The position numbers and the translations under genes are program-made. Shown piece after piece: positions 48,647 through 58,066 of a DNA stretch of 64,000 nucleotides (positions are counted from its first letter, which is position 1; each line of letters opens with the position of its first letter). A model generated the notes under the pieces. The model saw only the letters and a program-made list of their open reading frames with translations. It did no database searches and was not told the DNA's origin. The stretch is from Methanomassiliicoccales archaeon (GTDB lineage: Archaea; Thermoplasmatota; Thermoplasmata; Methanomassiliicoccales; JACIVX01), in contig JACIVX010000001.1 in assembly GCA_014361295.1 (NCBI GenBank), positions 319,924-383,923 on the forward strand. Direction: 5' to 3'.

Positions 48647-49841
48647 CCTCATTGATGACCTTCTCGACTAATTGAGCAAACTCCGCATCGGTCACGCGAC
48701 CTTTCTGCTCCCCTATCATTTTAACGAGTTGAAGAATTCTTTGAATTTGCTCATTGGTAGCATTGATCTTCAATTCTTCGAGGCGCTTTTTCACATATGT
48801 CATCCCTGTATGTTTGCCCATGAGAAGGCGTCTCCGATTCCCGACAGTCTCCGGAGGAATACATTCATAAGTCATAGGGCAGTTGAGGATTGCGGCGACA
48901 TGAATCCCAGATTCATGCGCAAAGGCATTTTCACCGACAAGGGGATGATGCGGTGACAGCTGACATCTCGAAAACCTTGCAACAGTGTCCGATAGTTCCT
49001 TGAGCCGTGTACAATCGATGCCGAGATCGTAGCCATAAATGAATTTCATGACTGCAACGAACTGTTCCAGCGGAACATTACCCGATCTCTCACCGATTCC
49101 ATTCACGGTTGTTGTTACGGCCGACGCTCCAGCTTTAACGGCAGCAATCGCATTGGCGAGCGCGAGACCGAAATCGTTGTGGAGATGTATTGAGATAGGT
49201 TTTTTCACGTTTGAAGCGATTGAAGATACGACGAAAGAAACAGCCTCCGGCGAAGCGCAGCCAACGGTATCTGTAATACCTAATCTTACAGCACCAGCTT
49301 CTTCGGCAGTCCTCATGAATTCGATCAAGAAATTGAGGTCTGTTCTCATGCTGTCCTCGGAGCTAACGCTAGCTGGAACGCCCCGTTCTCTGCAATAATC
49401 AAGTGCATCGACAACTTTGCTGAGTACTTGTTCCTTATTCATTTTCAATTTATACTTGAGATGGATATCTGAAGTTGCAATAAAAAGTAATACGAGATCG
49501 ACACCTGCATCGATTGCTGCGTCGATATCGCTTTTCAGAATCCGGGAAAGTGCGAGAATTTTTGCTTTCAGACCAAGTGATGTGATCTCCTTGATGATTT
49601 GACGCTCGGATTCGGATACTGCTGGAAAACCTGCCTCAATCTGCGGAACGTGTGCATCATCGAGCAGCTTTGCGATTGTAATCTTCTGTTCAGCGTTGAA
49701 TGCAACGCCAGGCATCTGTTCTCCGTCCCGCAACGTCGAATCGTAAACGGTAATGTTGTTGAAATTGTATTTAATATTGTATGGACTGAGTGCGATGAAT
49801 TCTGTGTTCGAGACCATGCCCGATACATTCTCGGATGACAA
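48636..49841 (-). CDS. HMGL-like homocitrate / 2-isopropylmalate synthase family protein, short form without the LeuA regulatory domain
   Basis: YDSTLRDGEQMPGVAF...HLHNDFGLALANAIAAVKAGA. The protein is 401 aa. Confidence 0.75.
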   Translation of the reverse strand: MSSENVSGMVSNTEFIALSPYNIKYNFNNITVYDSTLRDGEQMPGVAFNAEQKITIAKLLDDAHVPQIEAGFPAVSESERQIIKEITSLGLKAKILALSRILKSDIDAAIDAGVDLVLLFIATSDIHLKYKLKMNKEQVLSKVVDALDYCRERGVPASVSSEDSMRTDLNFLIEFMRTAEEAGAVRLGITDTVGCASPEAVSFVVSSIASNVKKPISIHLHNDFGLALANAIAAVKAGASAVTTTVNGIGERSGNVPLEQFVAVMKFIYGYDLGIDCTRLKELSDTVARFSRCQLSPHHPLVGENAFAHESGIHVAAILNCPMTYECIPPETVGNRRRLLMGKHTGMTYVKKRLEELKINATNEQIQRILQLVKMIGEQKGRVTDAEFAQLVEKVINEVKM

Positions 49842-49952
49842 TATGTAATTTTTGAAGAAACAGAGAGCGCACTGCGGTTTCTTTCAAATGAATCACGGTC
49901 TGGTGTCGTATTCGTTTACACTCAATAACCGTTTTAAAAGATTGTTCTGCTA

Positions 49953-50819
49953 TCAAGAACCATTACTATTACCAGAAGCCTTGAGAAGCGCTAGTAGTGC
50001 ATCCTTCACTTCTTCAATTGTCGTGCCCCACGGGACAGCAGCTACTTGATTCTTCAGCTCATATCCAGATTTTACCTTACAACACTTTACAAGTGTCGGC
50101 GATCCATCAAGGCGGACGTGATTGCGAGGGCAGATATCAATAAAATCTACTTCTTTTTTGTATAAAGATTTGAAAATTCTTCTCGAAAGGTCGCAACCAA
50201 CGAGTGTTGATTCAACACTTATTTCCGGCGTTTCGTCGAGGAAATACACAACTTTGTCGCAAGAGATCCCCGATGCCCTGCATGGAAAAATAACGCCTTT
50301 TGTTTTCAATGTAGACGCAATAGATTCCAGATCAATCTCAATATGGTTAGCTATAATCGGCGCGTTGATCAAACCCATTGATATGATCTTCTCGACTATC
50401 ACTGACAGTTTCGATGGTCTTGGTGGCACTGTATCGATAACATTGATCCTGATCAGATCCTCATCTTTTACGAATGAAACATGATTAAACATTCCCCGAA
50501 CAACGACAAGTTTTCCCTTGTATTTTTGAGAGAGTTTTGCCATTTGGGTACGATTGATGACATCGATTGTGCGATCTTCGACAAAAACTGTTTCATCGGG
50601 CAACGATAGAATTTCGAATGATTTTATGTTGCGAAAAAGTTCATTTCCATCTTCCTTTTCTACAGAAATGACGGCGGAATCATTCCTATTTCTTAAAACG
50701 TAGTATCTCGTTCTCGTATATGCCTTCTTACCCTTAACGACCTCTGCAATGTTGGTAGGCGTTAGTGGGAAATTGACAGTACGTACGGATACCTCTTTGC
50801 AATGCTCAGGCATCATCAT
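49953..50819 (-). CDS. Hypothetical protein with a Cys-rich C-terminal region
   Basis: 288 aa. C-terminal cysteines lie in PCRASGISCD...VGCDLS...ICPRNH...CCKV. I could not assign a family. Confidence 0.4.
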   Translation of the reverse strand: MMMPEHCKEVSVRTVNFPLTPTNIAEVVKGKKAYTRTRYYVLRNRNDSAVISVEKEDGNELFRNIKSFEILSLPDETVFVEDRTIDVINRTQMAKLSQKYKGKLVVVRGMFNHVSFVKDEDLIRINVIDTVPPRPSKLSVIVEKIISMGLINAPIIANHIEIDLESIASTLKTKGVIFPCRASGISCDKVVYFLDETPEISVESTLVGCDLSRRIFKSLYKKEVDFIDICPRNHVRLDGSPTLVKCCKVKSGYELKNQVAAVPWGTTIEEVKDALLALLKASGNSNGS

Positions 50820-51111
50820 GCTTACGGAATATGTTCAAAGTTCAGATATTTTTCTGATTTATGGGATGCAAACAGACGGGCTCCGATAATGGATATCATA
50901 ATAAATGATCTCCAACCACAATTCTTTCTACAAACCTTTCGCTACTAACAGATCCAATTAAAATGCGGATGCGTTATCAATAATAAATCTCCGATTGCCA
51001 TGCAACCGAATAAATTGATCTATTTGATGCGGCAAGTATTTCGGATTGGTATTCTTGTCCGTATACTGGGACATAAAATAGAAATATAGATTAACTGAAT
51101 TACTTTGAAGC

Positions 51112-51200
51112 GCCGGGATGACAGAGCGGCCATGTGGCGGACTGCAGTCAATCGCCGCAGAGATCCGCAGACTCGAGTTCAAATCTCGATCCCGGCTCCA
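51112..51200 (+). tRNA. tRNA-Cys (anticodon GCA) with a 15-nt intron in the anticodon loop and an encoded CCA
   Basis: Acceptor GCCGGGA pairs with TCCCGGC. U8 is present. Anticodon stem GCGGA/TCCGC. Loop C-U-GCA-G-[TCAATCGCCGCAGAG]-A. T-arm TCGAG-TTCAAAT-CTCGA. Discriminator T plus CCA ends at 51200. The D-stem has one non-Watson-Crick pair. Confidence 0.8.
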
Positions 51201-51347
51201 GTATGTTAATTCTTGTGGAATATCGCTGGTGGCGTCGACATCTTTGCTAATTCAAGAGATAATGAATTCTTATTTGGTGAGAAACCGTAATATTCATCTG
51301 TAGGACAATGATATCTGTTGATCTAGTATTAACAATGGTGAAATCCG

Positions 51348-52262
51348 ATGATATATAACAGTATTCTCGAAACAATTGGTAAAACACCGATCGTCAAATT
51401 GCACAATCTCATCGCAGAAGATTCTGCGGAAATCTACTGCAAACTCGAATCATTCAATCCAATGTCTTCTGTCAAAGACAGGATTGCCTTGGCAATGATC
51501 GAGGATGCGGAAAAGTCAGGGCGTCTAAAAAAAGGGATGATCGTTGTTGAGCCAACATCCGGAAATACTGGTATTGGTCTTGCGATGGTCTGCGCTGTAA
51601 AGGGATACAGGCTCATCCTCACGATGCCAGAGTCGATGAGCATTGAAAGGAGAAGGTTACTGAAAGCATTTGGGGCGGAATTAATTCTCACACCAGCAGC
51701 GGAAGGAATGAAAGGAGCTGTCGCTCGCGCTCTGGAAATTTCCAAACAAAACAGTAATTGCTTCATGCCCCAACAATTCGAAAACCCATCAAATCCAGAG
51801 GTTCATATGAAAACCACAGCCAGGGAAATACTAAATGATGTCCCAGATCTTGACGCATTTGTTGCCGGAGTCGGAACTGGCGGAACTATCACTGGTGTTG
51901 GGAAAGTGCTCAAAACAGTGAACCCAAATGTGAAGATCGTCGCGGTGGAGCCTTCCAGATCCCCAGTATTATCTGGGGGTAAACCGGGACCACATCAAAT
52001 ACAGGGAATAGGCGCTGGCTTCATACCGAAGGTGTTAGATTTGTCTGTCGTCGATCGCATCATCACCGTGACAGACGAAGAAGCAAAATCAATGGCAAGA
52101 GAGCTTGTTCGAAGGGAGGGAATTCTAGCAGGTATTTCATCGGGTGCTGCTCTGCACGGTGCAGTAAAGATAGGCAAAGAATTAGGCCCAGGAAAAAAAG
52201 TTGTGGTGATTCTCCCAGATACAGGAGAAAGATATTTGAGTACTGACATGTTTTCCGAGTGA
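51348..52262 (+). CDS. cysK: Cysteine synthase (O-acetylserine sulfhydrylase)
   Basis: [11 protein letters not shown] (PLP Lys), [10 protein letters not shown]. Confidence 0.9.
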   Translation: MIYNSILETIGKTPIVKLHNLIAEDSAEIYCKLESFNPMSSVKDRIALAMIEDAEKSGRLKKGMIVVEPTSGNTGIGLAMVCAVKGYRLILTMPESMSIERRRLLKAFGAELILTPAAEGMKGAVARALEISKQNSNCFMPQQFENPSNPEVHMKTTAREILNDVPDLDAFVAGVGTGGTITGVGKVLKTVNPNVKIVAVEPSRSPVLSGGKPGPHQIQGIGAGFIPKVLDLSVVDRIITVTDEEAKSMARELVRREGILAGISSGAALHGAVKIGKELGPGKKVVVILPDTGERYLSTDMFSE

Positions 52263-52272
52263 GCGCGTATAC

Positions 52273-52917
52273 ATGAGCTGGAAAGACGATGTTTATACAG
52301 TCCTCGAACGCGATCCTGCGCCGAAATCGTTCAAGGAAGCCCTTTTATTCAGCCCGGGGCTTCATGCAATCCTTCTTCATCGAATTTCGCACAGACTATA
52401 TCTCAAAGGTCAGTATCTTTTGGCTAGAGCTATCAACTATTTTGCGCGGATTTTAACAGGTGCGGATATCCATCCGGGCGCGAAGATCGGTAAGGGTTTT
52501 TTCATCGATCATGCAACTGGGGTGGTGATCGGCGAGACTGCCGAAATCGGCGACAATGTTTGCATCTTTCAGGGCGTAACCCTTGGCGGCGTTAGCACTG
52601 AAAAGGGAAAGAGACATCCTACTATTGGCAACAATGTCGTGATTGGTGCGAACGCAACGATTCTCGGCAATATCAAGATCGGTGACAATGTTAAGATAGG
52701 CGCTGGATCTGTCGTCGTAAAGGATGTGCCACCGAATTCAACGGTTGTTGGCGTGCCTGGCAAAGTCGTCAAGAAAGACGGCATGACGAAACTTGATTTG
52801 AGACACGATCTGTTGCCAGATCCGGTTGTGGATGCATTCATGAATATTTCGAACAGCATCGCAGAGTTGGAACACAGAGTTGCCGAATTGGAAAAGTTGG
52901 TGAAAAAGGAAAAATAA
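52273..52917 (+). CDS. cysE: Serine O-acetyltransferase
   Basis: The SATase N-terminal helical region is followed by hexapeptide repeats ([14 protein letters not shown]...[13 protein letters not shown]...[13 protein letters not shown]). Confidence 0.85.
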   Translation: MSWKDDVYTVLERDPAPKSFKEALLFSPGLHAILLHRISHRLYLKGQYLLARAINYFARILTGADIHPGAKIGKGFFIDHATGVVIGETAEIGDNVCIFQGVTLGGVSTEKGKRHPTIGNNVVIGANATILGNIKIGDNVKIGAGSVVVKDVPPNSTVVGVPGKVVKKDGMTKLDLRHDLLPDPVVDAFMNISNSIAELEHRVAELEKLVKKEK

Positions 52918-52951
52918 TGGTGACTTCCATCGCGATTCGAGGCAGAAGACC

Positions 52952-54349
52952 ATGGCTTTAAAGGTTTTTAATACATTGACAAAGAAAAAAGAGGTGTTCG
53001 TTCCGATTGAAAACAACAAGGTCAAAATGTATGTGTGTGGTGTGACTGTATATGATGATCTTCATATGGGCCACGCAAGACATATCATTGTGTTCGATAT
53101 GATCGTAAGGTATCTGAGGTACCGTGGCTACCAGGTTATCCATGTGACTAATTTTACCGACGTCGATGATAAAATCATCAATCGAGCGAAGGAACTCGGA
53201 ATCCCGCCGCTTCAGTTATCTAATATGTATATCGAGCGATATTTCAAGGAGATCGAGGCGCTCGGTGTGAAAAGGGCCGATTTCTATCCCCGTGCGAGCG
53301 AATTCATACCACAAATCATTGACATGATACAAAAGATCGAGGATGCCGGTTATGCGTATAGGACAGACGATGGTAGCGTTTATTTCAGCATGGACAAGGT
53401 AAAGGAGTACGGAATTCTTTCGGGTGCGAAAACGGAGGAACTTGTGGCCGGTGCACGAATTAATATTGATGAGATGAAGCGCAACCCTGCCGATTTCGCT
53501 TTATGGAAGGGGGCAAAACCAGGCGAGATCTCATGGCCAAGTCCGTGGGGCCACGGTAGGCCTGGTTGGCACATAGAGTGTTCGGCCATGTGTCTGAATC
53601 TGCTTGGAGAGATTATCGATATTCACGGTGGCGGTAACGATTTGATCTTTCCTCACCATGAAAATGAGATTCTGCAGTCAAGGGTGGTGACGGGGAGAAT
53701 TCCAGCAAAATACTGGTTACATAATGGGATGCTCCAGGTTCAAGAGGAAAAGATGTCAAAATCTCTCAAGAATTTTTTCACTGTGAGACAAGTTCTTGAA
53801 AATCATACGAAAGAGGAGATCCGCTTTTTCATTCTGAATACGCATTACAGAGGTCCCCTTTCTTATAGCGATTCAGCCTTGAAGGAGGCTGCCACGAGTT
53901 TGAAAAGGTTGCACAATGCCTATATTGAACTGAAATCGGTAGCTGGGAACTTGAAGGGGAATAATGATGCGCGGGAATTGATTTCGAGCGCGAGGGAGAA
54001 TTTTATCAGGCAAATGGATGACGATTTCAATACTCGTGGCGCAATTGCGGTCCTCTTTGATTTCATCAGGGAGATCAACAAATTGCTTTCGGACGGTTTG
54101 CTAAGCAACGAAGGGGCGCATGGCGCGATTTCTTTCCTAGAAGAAGTGGATGAGGTTCTTGGAATCTTGCCAAAAATTTCAATGACAATGGAATCAACTG
54201 ATGATCTGATTCAGATCCTTATTGATGTTCGCCAGGAGCTCAGAAAGAGAAAGATCTTCGATTTGGCGGATAGGATTAGAGAAAGGTTGGCAGAAAAAGG
54301 AATTAAACTAGAGGATACGAGCGAGGGAGTTAAGTGGAAGCGCGTTTGA
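52952..54349 (+). CDS. cysS: Cysteinyl-tRNA synthetase
   Basis: HMGH (HIGH variant), KMSKS, and zinc-binding Cys in YVCGVTVYD. Confidence 0.9.
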   Translation: MALKVFNTLTKKKEVFVPIENNKVKMYVCGVTVYDDLHMGHARHIIVFDMIVRYLRYRGYQVIHVTNFTDVDDKIINRAKELGIPPLQLSNMYIERYFKEIEALGVKRADFYPRASEFIPQIIDMIQKIEDAGYAYRTDDGSVYFSMDKVKEYGILSGAKTEELVAGARINIDEMKRNPADFALWKGAKPGEISWPSPWGHGRPGWHIECSAMCLNLLGEIIDIHGGGNDLIFPHHENEILQSRVVTGRIPAKYWLHNGMLQVQEEKMSKSLKNFFTVRQVLENHTKEEIRFFILNTHYRGPLSYSDSALKEAATSLKRLHNAYIELKSVAGNLKGNNDARELISSARENFIRQMDDDFNTRGAIAVLFDFIREINKLLSDGLLSNEGAHGAISFLEEVDEVLGILPKISMTMESTDDLIQILIDVRQELRKRKIFDLADRIRERLAEKGIKLEDTSEGVKWKRV

Positions 54350-55377
54350 ATGAGCTTGCGAAGAAAAAAGCGATACTGATCACTGGCGGTGCGGTAAAGA
54401 TTCCGCACGATCTCAAGCTTCCGTTTCGCCTAAGCAGGTCAACGGCCGGACCGGGCGCAGGCGCGCCTGCAGTAGTTTTGTCCTTTCAAGGGTTAAGAGT
54501 CAAAAAGGCGATATCAAGGGACCAGGGCGAATTCGAGCTTATTCAAAAGGATGGCAAGTTTGTACTCACAAGAAATGGGGAGCCTTTTCTCGACTCGGTT
54601 GAGATCCAGCCGACGCTGTATCATTCACCTGAGCAGGCATTTTTTAACATCGAAACCTCATGCATTTACGACTGCAAGTTCTGCGTATCGAAGAAACTTG
54701 ATCCTCGTATTACGAAAGGCCTCAACCCAGAAAAAATCATAGAAATGATTCTCGATGCCTCAAAGTGCAACGATTTCAAGGCTGTTGCATTAACGAGTGC
54801 CGTCGTTGGGTCTCCGAGCGAAACTGTACAAAAAATGACCTATATTGTTTCAAGAGTGAGGGAACAACTCGATCCAAAAATTCCAATCGGTGTAGAGCCA
54901 TACGTAGATAATTATGAGCATATCGAAATGCTCAAAGCTGCTGGTGCGGATGAGATTAAGATCAACATCGAAACTTTTGATAGGGATATCTTCAAAAAAG
55001 TCTGCAATAAGCTTGAGTTCGATACGATAATTCGTATGATACAATATGCGGTAAGGGTTTTCGGGGTCGGAAAAGTCTGCTCGAATATTATTGTTGGATT
55101 AGGTGAAACTGATGAAAACGTACTCGAGGGTGTGGAGTATCTGGCGAGGCTGGGATGTGTTGCAACGATAAGACCCTTAAAGATCAACGATTTGAATAGG
55201 AAAGGATTGGAGGAGGCCCTTGGCTATCCCTTGAAACCCGTATCGCCAGATAGACTTCTCCGACTTGCAACGGAACAGAAAATGATCCTCGAATTATACC
55301 AGCTTTCGACGTTGAGCTTCAAAACAATGTGCCATGCATGCACGTGCTGTGACATCGTGCCATTTCGAGACATTTGA
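54334..55377 (+). CDS. Radical SAM protein with an N-terminal extension of about 100 aa and a C-terminal CxxCxCC motif
   Basis: CIYDCKFC (CxxxCxxC), a C-terminal CHACTCCD. Its start overlaps the cysS stop by 16 nt. Confidence 0.7.
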   Translation: MEARLNELAKKKAILITGGAVKIPHDLKLPFRLSRSTAGPGAGAPAVVLSFQGLRVKKAISRDQGEFELIQKDGKFVLTRNGEPFLDSVEIQPTLYHSPEQAFFNIETSCIYDCKFCVSKKLDPRITKGLNPEKIIEMILDASKCNDFKAVALTSAVVGSPSETVQKMTYIVSRVREQLDPKIPIGVEPYVDNYEHIEMLKAAGADEIKINIETFDRDIFKKVCNKLEFDTIIRMIQYAVRVFGVGKVCSNIIVGLGETDENVLEGVEYLARLGCVATIRPLKINDLNRKGLEEALGYPLKPVSPDRLLRLATEQKMILELYQLSTLSFKTMCHACTCCDIVPFRDI

Positions 55378-55476
55378 AATATGATGATCTGTAACGATAT
55401 TGATTTATCGAACACTTTGGTTAAAATTTTTAGGGAATCCGAAACCTTCAATATAGTTAAAACGATTCCTATTTCG

Positions 55477-56145
55477 ATGGTGAGCAAGAAAATCGAGGAG
55501 TATCTCGAATGTATTTATGAGATTACGAGGAACGGGAAACCCGCAAAGACAAATCACATTGCACGATGCATGAAGGTCTCGCCAGCATCTGTTACAGAGA
55601 TGCTCCGCAGACTTTCTGATGAAGGGTACATTGAGTATGAAAAATATCGGGGGGCTTCTCTTACTAACAAGGGCATGAACATTGCTTTAAAACTCAAGAG
55701 AAAACACCGCCTTCTTGAATCATTCCTCGTTAGAATTCTCGGCATGAAAAGGGATGAGAGCCATACAGAGGCTTGCAAGCTTGAGCACATGCTGTCTGAC
55801 GAATCAGAAAAAAGGATATGCCAGATGATGAACAATCCTCAATTCTGCCCTGATGGAGAGCCCATTCCCCAGTGCGAGGAGGAATGCAAGCTCTGCACAA
55901 GTGAGCCTTCGATACCGCTCACGAAGCTCGACATCGGCGATACGGGTATCATTACGCATCTCAAGTGCGACGAGAATCCATCGAAAATCAGGCGACTCAT
56001 CTCCATGGGATTCGTTCCAGGAAGAAACGTAATCTTAGAAGAGGGTGTTCCCGCCGGAGGCCCTCTAATTGTCAGACTCGATGAATGCCGCATCGCCATC
56101 GGACGGGAATATGCATCACTTGTGCATGTTAAAAGGTGCGCCTGA
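55477..56145 (+). CDS. DtxR/MntR-family metal-dependent regulator fused to a C-terminal FeoA (SH3-like) domain
   Basis: HTH region KTNHIARCMKVSPASVTEMLRRLSDEGYIEY. C-terminal FeoA-like region GDTGIITHLKCDENPSKIRRLISMGFVPGRNVILEEG. The start was taken at Met 55477 (MVSKKIEEYLECIYEI). Confidence 0.75.
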   Translation: MVSKKIEEYLECIYEITRNGKPAKTNHIARCMKVSPASVTEMLRRLSDEGYIEYEKYRGASLTNKGMNIALKLKRKHRLLESFLVRILGMKRDESHTEACKLEHMLSDESEKRICQMMNNPQFCPDGEPIPQCEEECKLCTSEPSIPLTKLDIGDTGIITHLKCDENPSKIRRLISMGFVPGRNVILEEGVPAGGPLIVRLDECRIAIGREYASLVHVKRCA

Positions 56146-58052
56146 TGCGTGTTGCGTTGATGGGCAACCCGAATGTCGGAAAGTCCGTTCTTTTTAGTCG
56201 GATTACCGGGATCGGTGTCATCTCTTCAAATTATCCGGGGACAACAGTGGAATTTGAAGAAGGCCGTATCATTTATCGCGGCGAAACTATTGTTTTTTAT
56301 GATCTTCCTGGGACGTATTCTCTATCGGGAATATCTGAAGATGAATTGGTTGCCACCAAACTCCTCGCGGAAAAAAAGTTAGATGTTGTCGTGGCCGTGG
56401 CGGATGCAACGAGACTAATACAGAGTCTTGTTTTAATCCTCCAACTAATTGAGCTGGGATATCGTGTTGTTGTCGCATTAAATTTTATGGACGTAGCACG
56501 CAAGCGTTATCGTCTAGACGTTGAACAACTCGCCAAAATTCTCGAGGTTCCAGTCATACCCACCGTTGCGATCACAGGTGAGGGCGTCGATGAACTGATC
56601 GAAGTCATCGCCAAACGCGAGTTCTCCAGATCCGGTTTCGTGATAAGATACGACGCTCATATTGAAAACATCGTTGAAAAACTCAGCAGCCAAATTGCAG
56701 AATGGCGACATCCTTTTCTGTTAAGAGGAGCGCTATTGAAATTACTGGAAGGAAATGAACACTTTATACAACTGTTCACACATCAAATCAAGGAAAGCGC
56801 TGAGGAATTTAGAAAAAAGTTCAGTGAGGAACATCATGAGAGTATCGACGTCCATATCGCTCGTGATCGATACGGCGAAGCCGGGAGAATTGTATCAGAA
56901 GTTATCGGAAAGCTTGAAACACATGAATCGCTCGGTGATAAAATTTCACAATTAACGCTGAGGCCTTTGCCAGGAATTGCTATTATGCTCTTTATTCTTG
57001 CACTCGTTTTTTTCACAATTGTCTATATAGGCGGTGCGATTGAATCAAGCCTTGGAGATGCATATCAATACGTGGTAGGTGATTCTTTTGAGAGACTCGC
57101 AGAATTTATCGGCGGCCGTGCAGGCATTGCCATATCGAGAGGCATTGATCTCAGTCTCCAAGCGATCCTCTCGATCGTGATACCGTACATCCTTGTTTTT
57201 TATCTTATACTGGGCATACTAGAAGACTCAGGATATCTGCCAAGAGCTGTCGCTCTTCTCGATGGCGTCATGCATAAAATCGGACTTCACGGGCGAGCAA
57301 TTATTCCCATGATTGTAGGTGTCGGTTGCAATGTTCCAGCGATACTTGCTACAAGGGTATTGGAATCAAGACGAGAAAGATTCATTCTCGCAACTCTTAC
57401 GATTATGGCTATCCCATGCTCAGCACAATTGGCGATCATTTTTGGCGTTGTAGGGCATTTCGGAGGACTTATTTATGCGGTAATGATATTTGTTATTCTT
57501 TTCTCCATTCTACTTTTGCTCGGACGCTTGCTTCACGTTCTCCTTAAATTTGAACCATCCACAATCGCGATTGAGATACCTGACCTTGCTATTCCAAGTC
57601 CTAGGAATATTTTATTTAAGACCTACATACGTGTCAAGGATTTTTTCATCATTGCATTTCCGATCCTGTTTGTTGGAAGCCTCCTGTTGGAAGTATTGAT
57701 AGAATTCGGTATTCTCAACAATCTTGTCGAACCTCTTTCGTTTTTCACAGTAGGTTTTCTAGGCTTGCCAGCAATAACAATTATTGCATTGATTTTCGGT
57801 GTATTACGAAAAGAAATGGCTTTTCAGCTTTTGGTCGTGTTATTTGGGACAACGAACCTCGCCATGGTTTTTACACCTGCTCAACTTTTCGTCTTTGGGC
57901 TCGTGATGGCAACATATATGCCCTGCTTATCTGCATTCGCCGTTCTCCTGAAGGAGTTTGGCTTGAAGGACACAGTCGCTATCACCATCAGCTCACTCAT
58001 GCTTTCATTAACGCTTGGCAGTATTGCAAATCTCATTTTCAGCCTTATTTAA
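56136..58052 (+). CDS. feoB: Ferrous iron transporter FeoB
   Basis: G-domain GNPNVGKS...DLPG, then a multi-TM permease domain. 638 aa. Overlaps the regulator gene by 10 nt. Confidence 0.9.
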   Translation: MRLMRVALMGNPNVGKSVLFSRITGIGVISSNYPGTTVEFEEGRIIYRGETIVFYDLPGTYSLSGISEDELVATKLLAEKKLDVVVAVADATRLIQSLVLILQLIELGYRVVVALNFMDVARKRYRLDVEQLAKILEVPVIPTVAITGEGVDELIEVIAKREFSRSGFVIRYDAHIENIVEKLSSQIAEWRHPFLLRGALLKLLEGNEHFIQLFTHQIKESAEEFRKKFSEEHHESIDVHIARDRYGEAGRIVSEVIGKLETHESLGDKISQLTLRPLPGIAIMLFILALVFFTIVYIGGAIESSLGDAYQYVVGDSFERLAEFIGGRAGIAISRGIDLSLQAILSIVIPYILVFYLILGILEDSGYLPRAVALLDGVMHKIGLHGRAIIPMIVGVGCNVPAILATRVLESRRERFILATLTIMAIPCSAQLAIIFGVVGHFGGLIYAVMIFVILFSILLLLGRLLHVLLKFEPSTIAIEIPDLAIPSPRNILFKTYIRVKDFFIIAFPILFVGSLLLEVLIEFGILNNLVEPLSFFTVGFLGLPAITIIALIFGVLRKEMAFQLLVVLFGTTNLAMVFTPAQLFVFGLVMATYMPCLSAFAVLLKEFGLKDTVAITISSLMLSLTLGSIANLIFSLI

Positions 58053-58066
58053 TGGTATCATCTCGA

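Noticed and set aside
51118-51303. 61-aa ORF MTERPCGGLQSIAAE...
   Set aside because: It overlaps the tRNA-Cys gene. The region is explained by the tRNA structure: acceptor, T-arm and intron are all identifiable.
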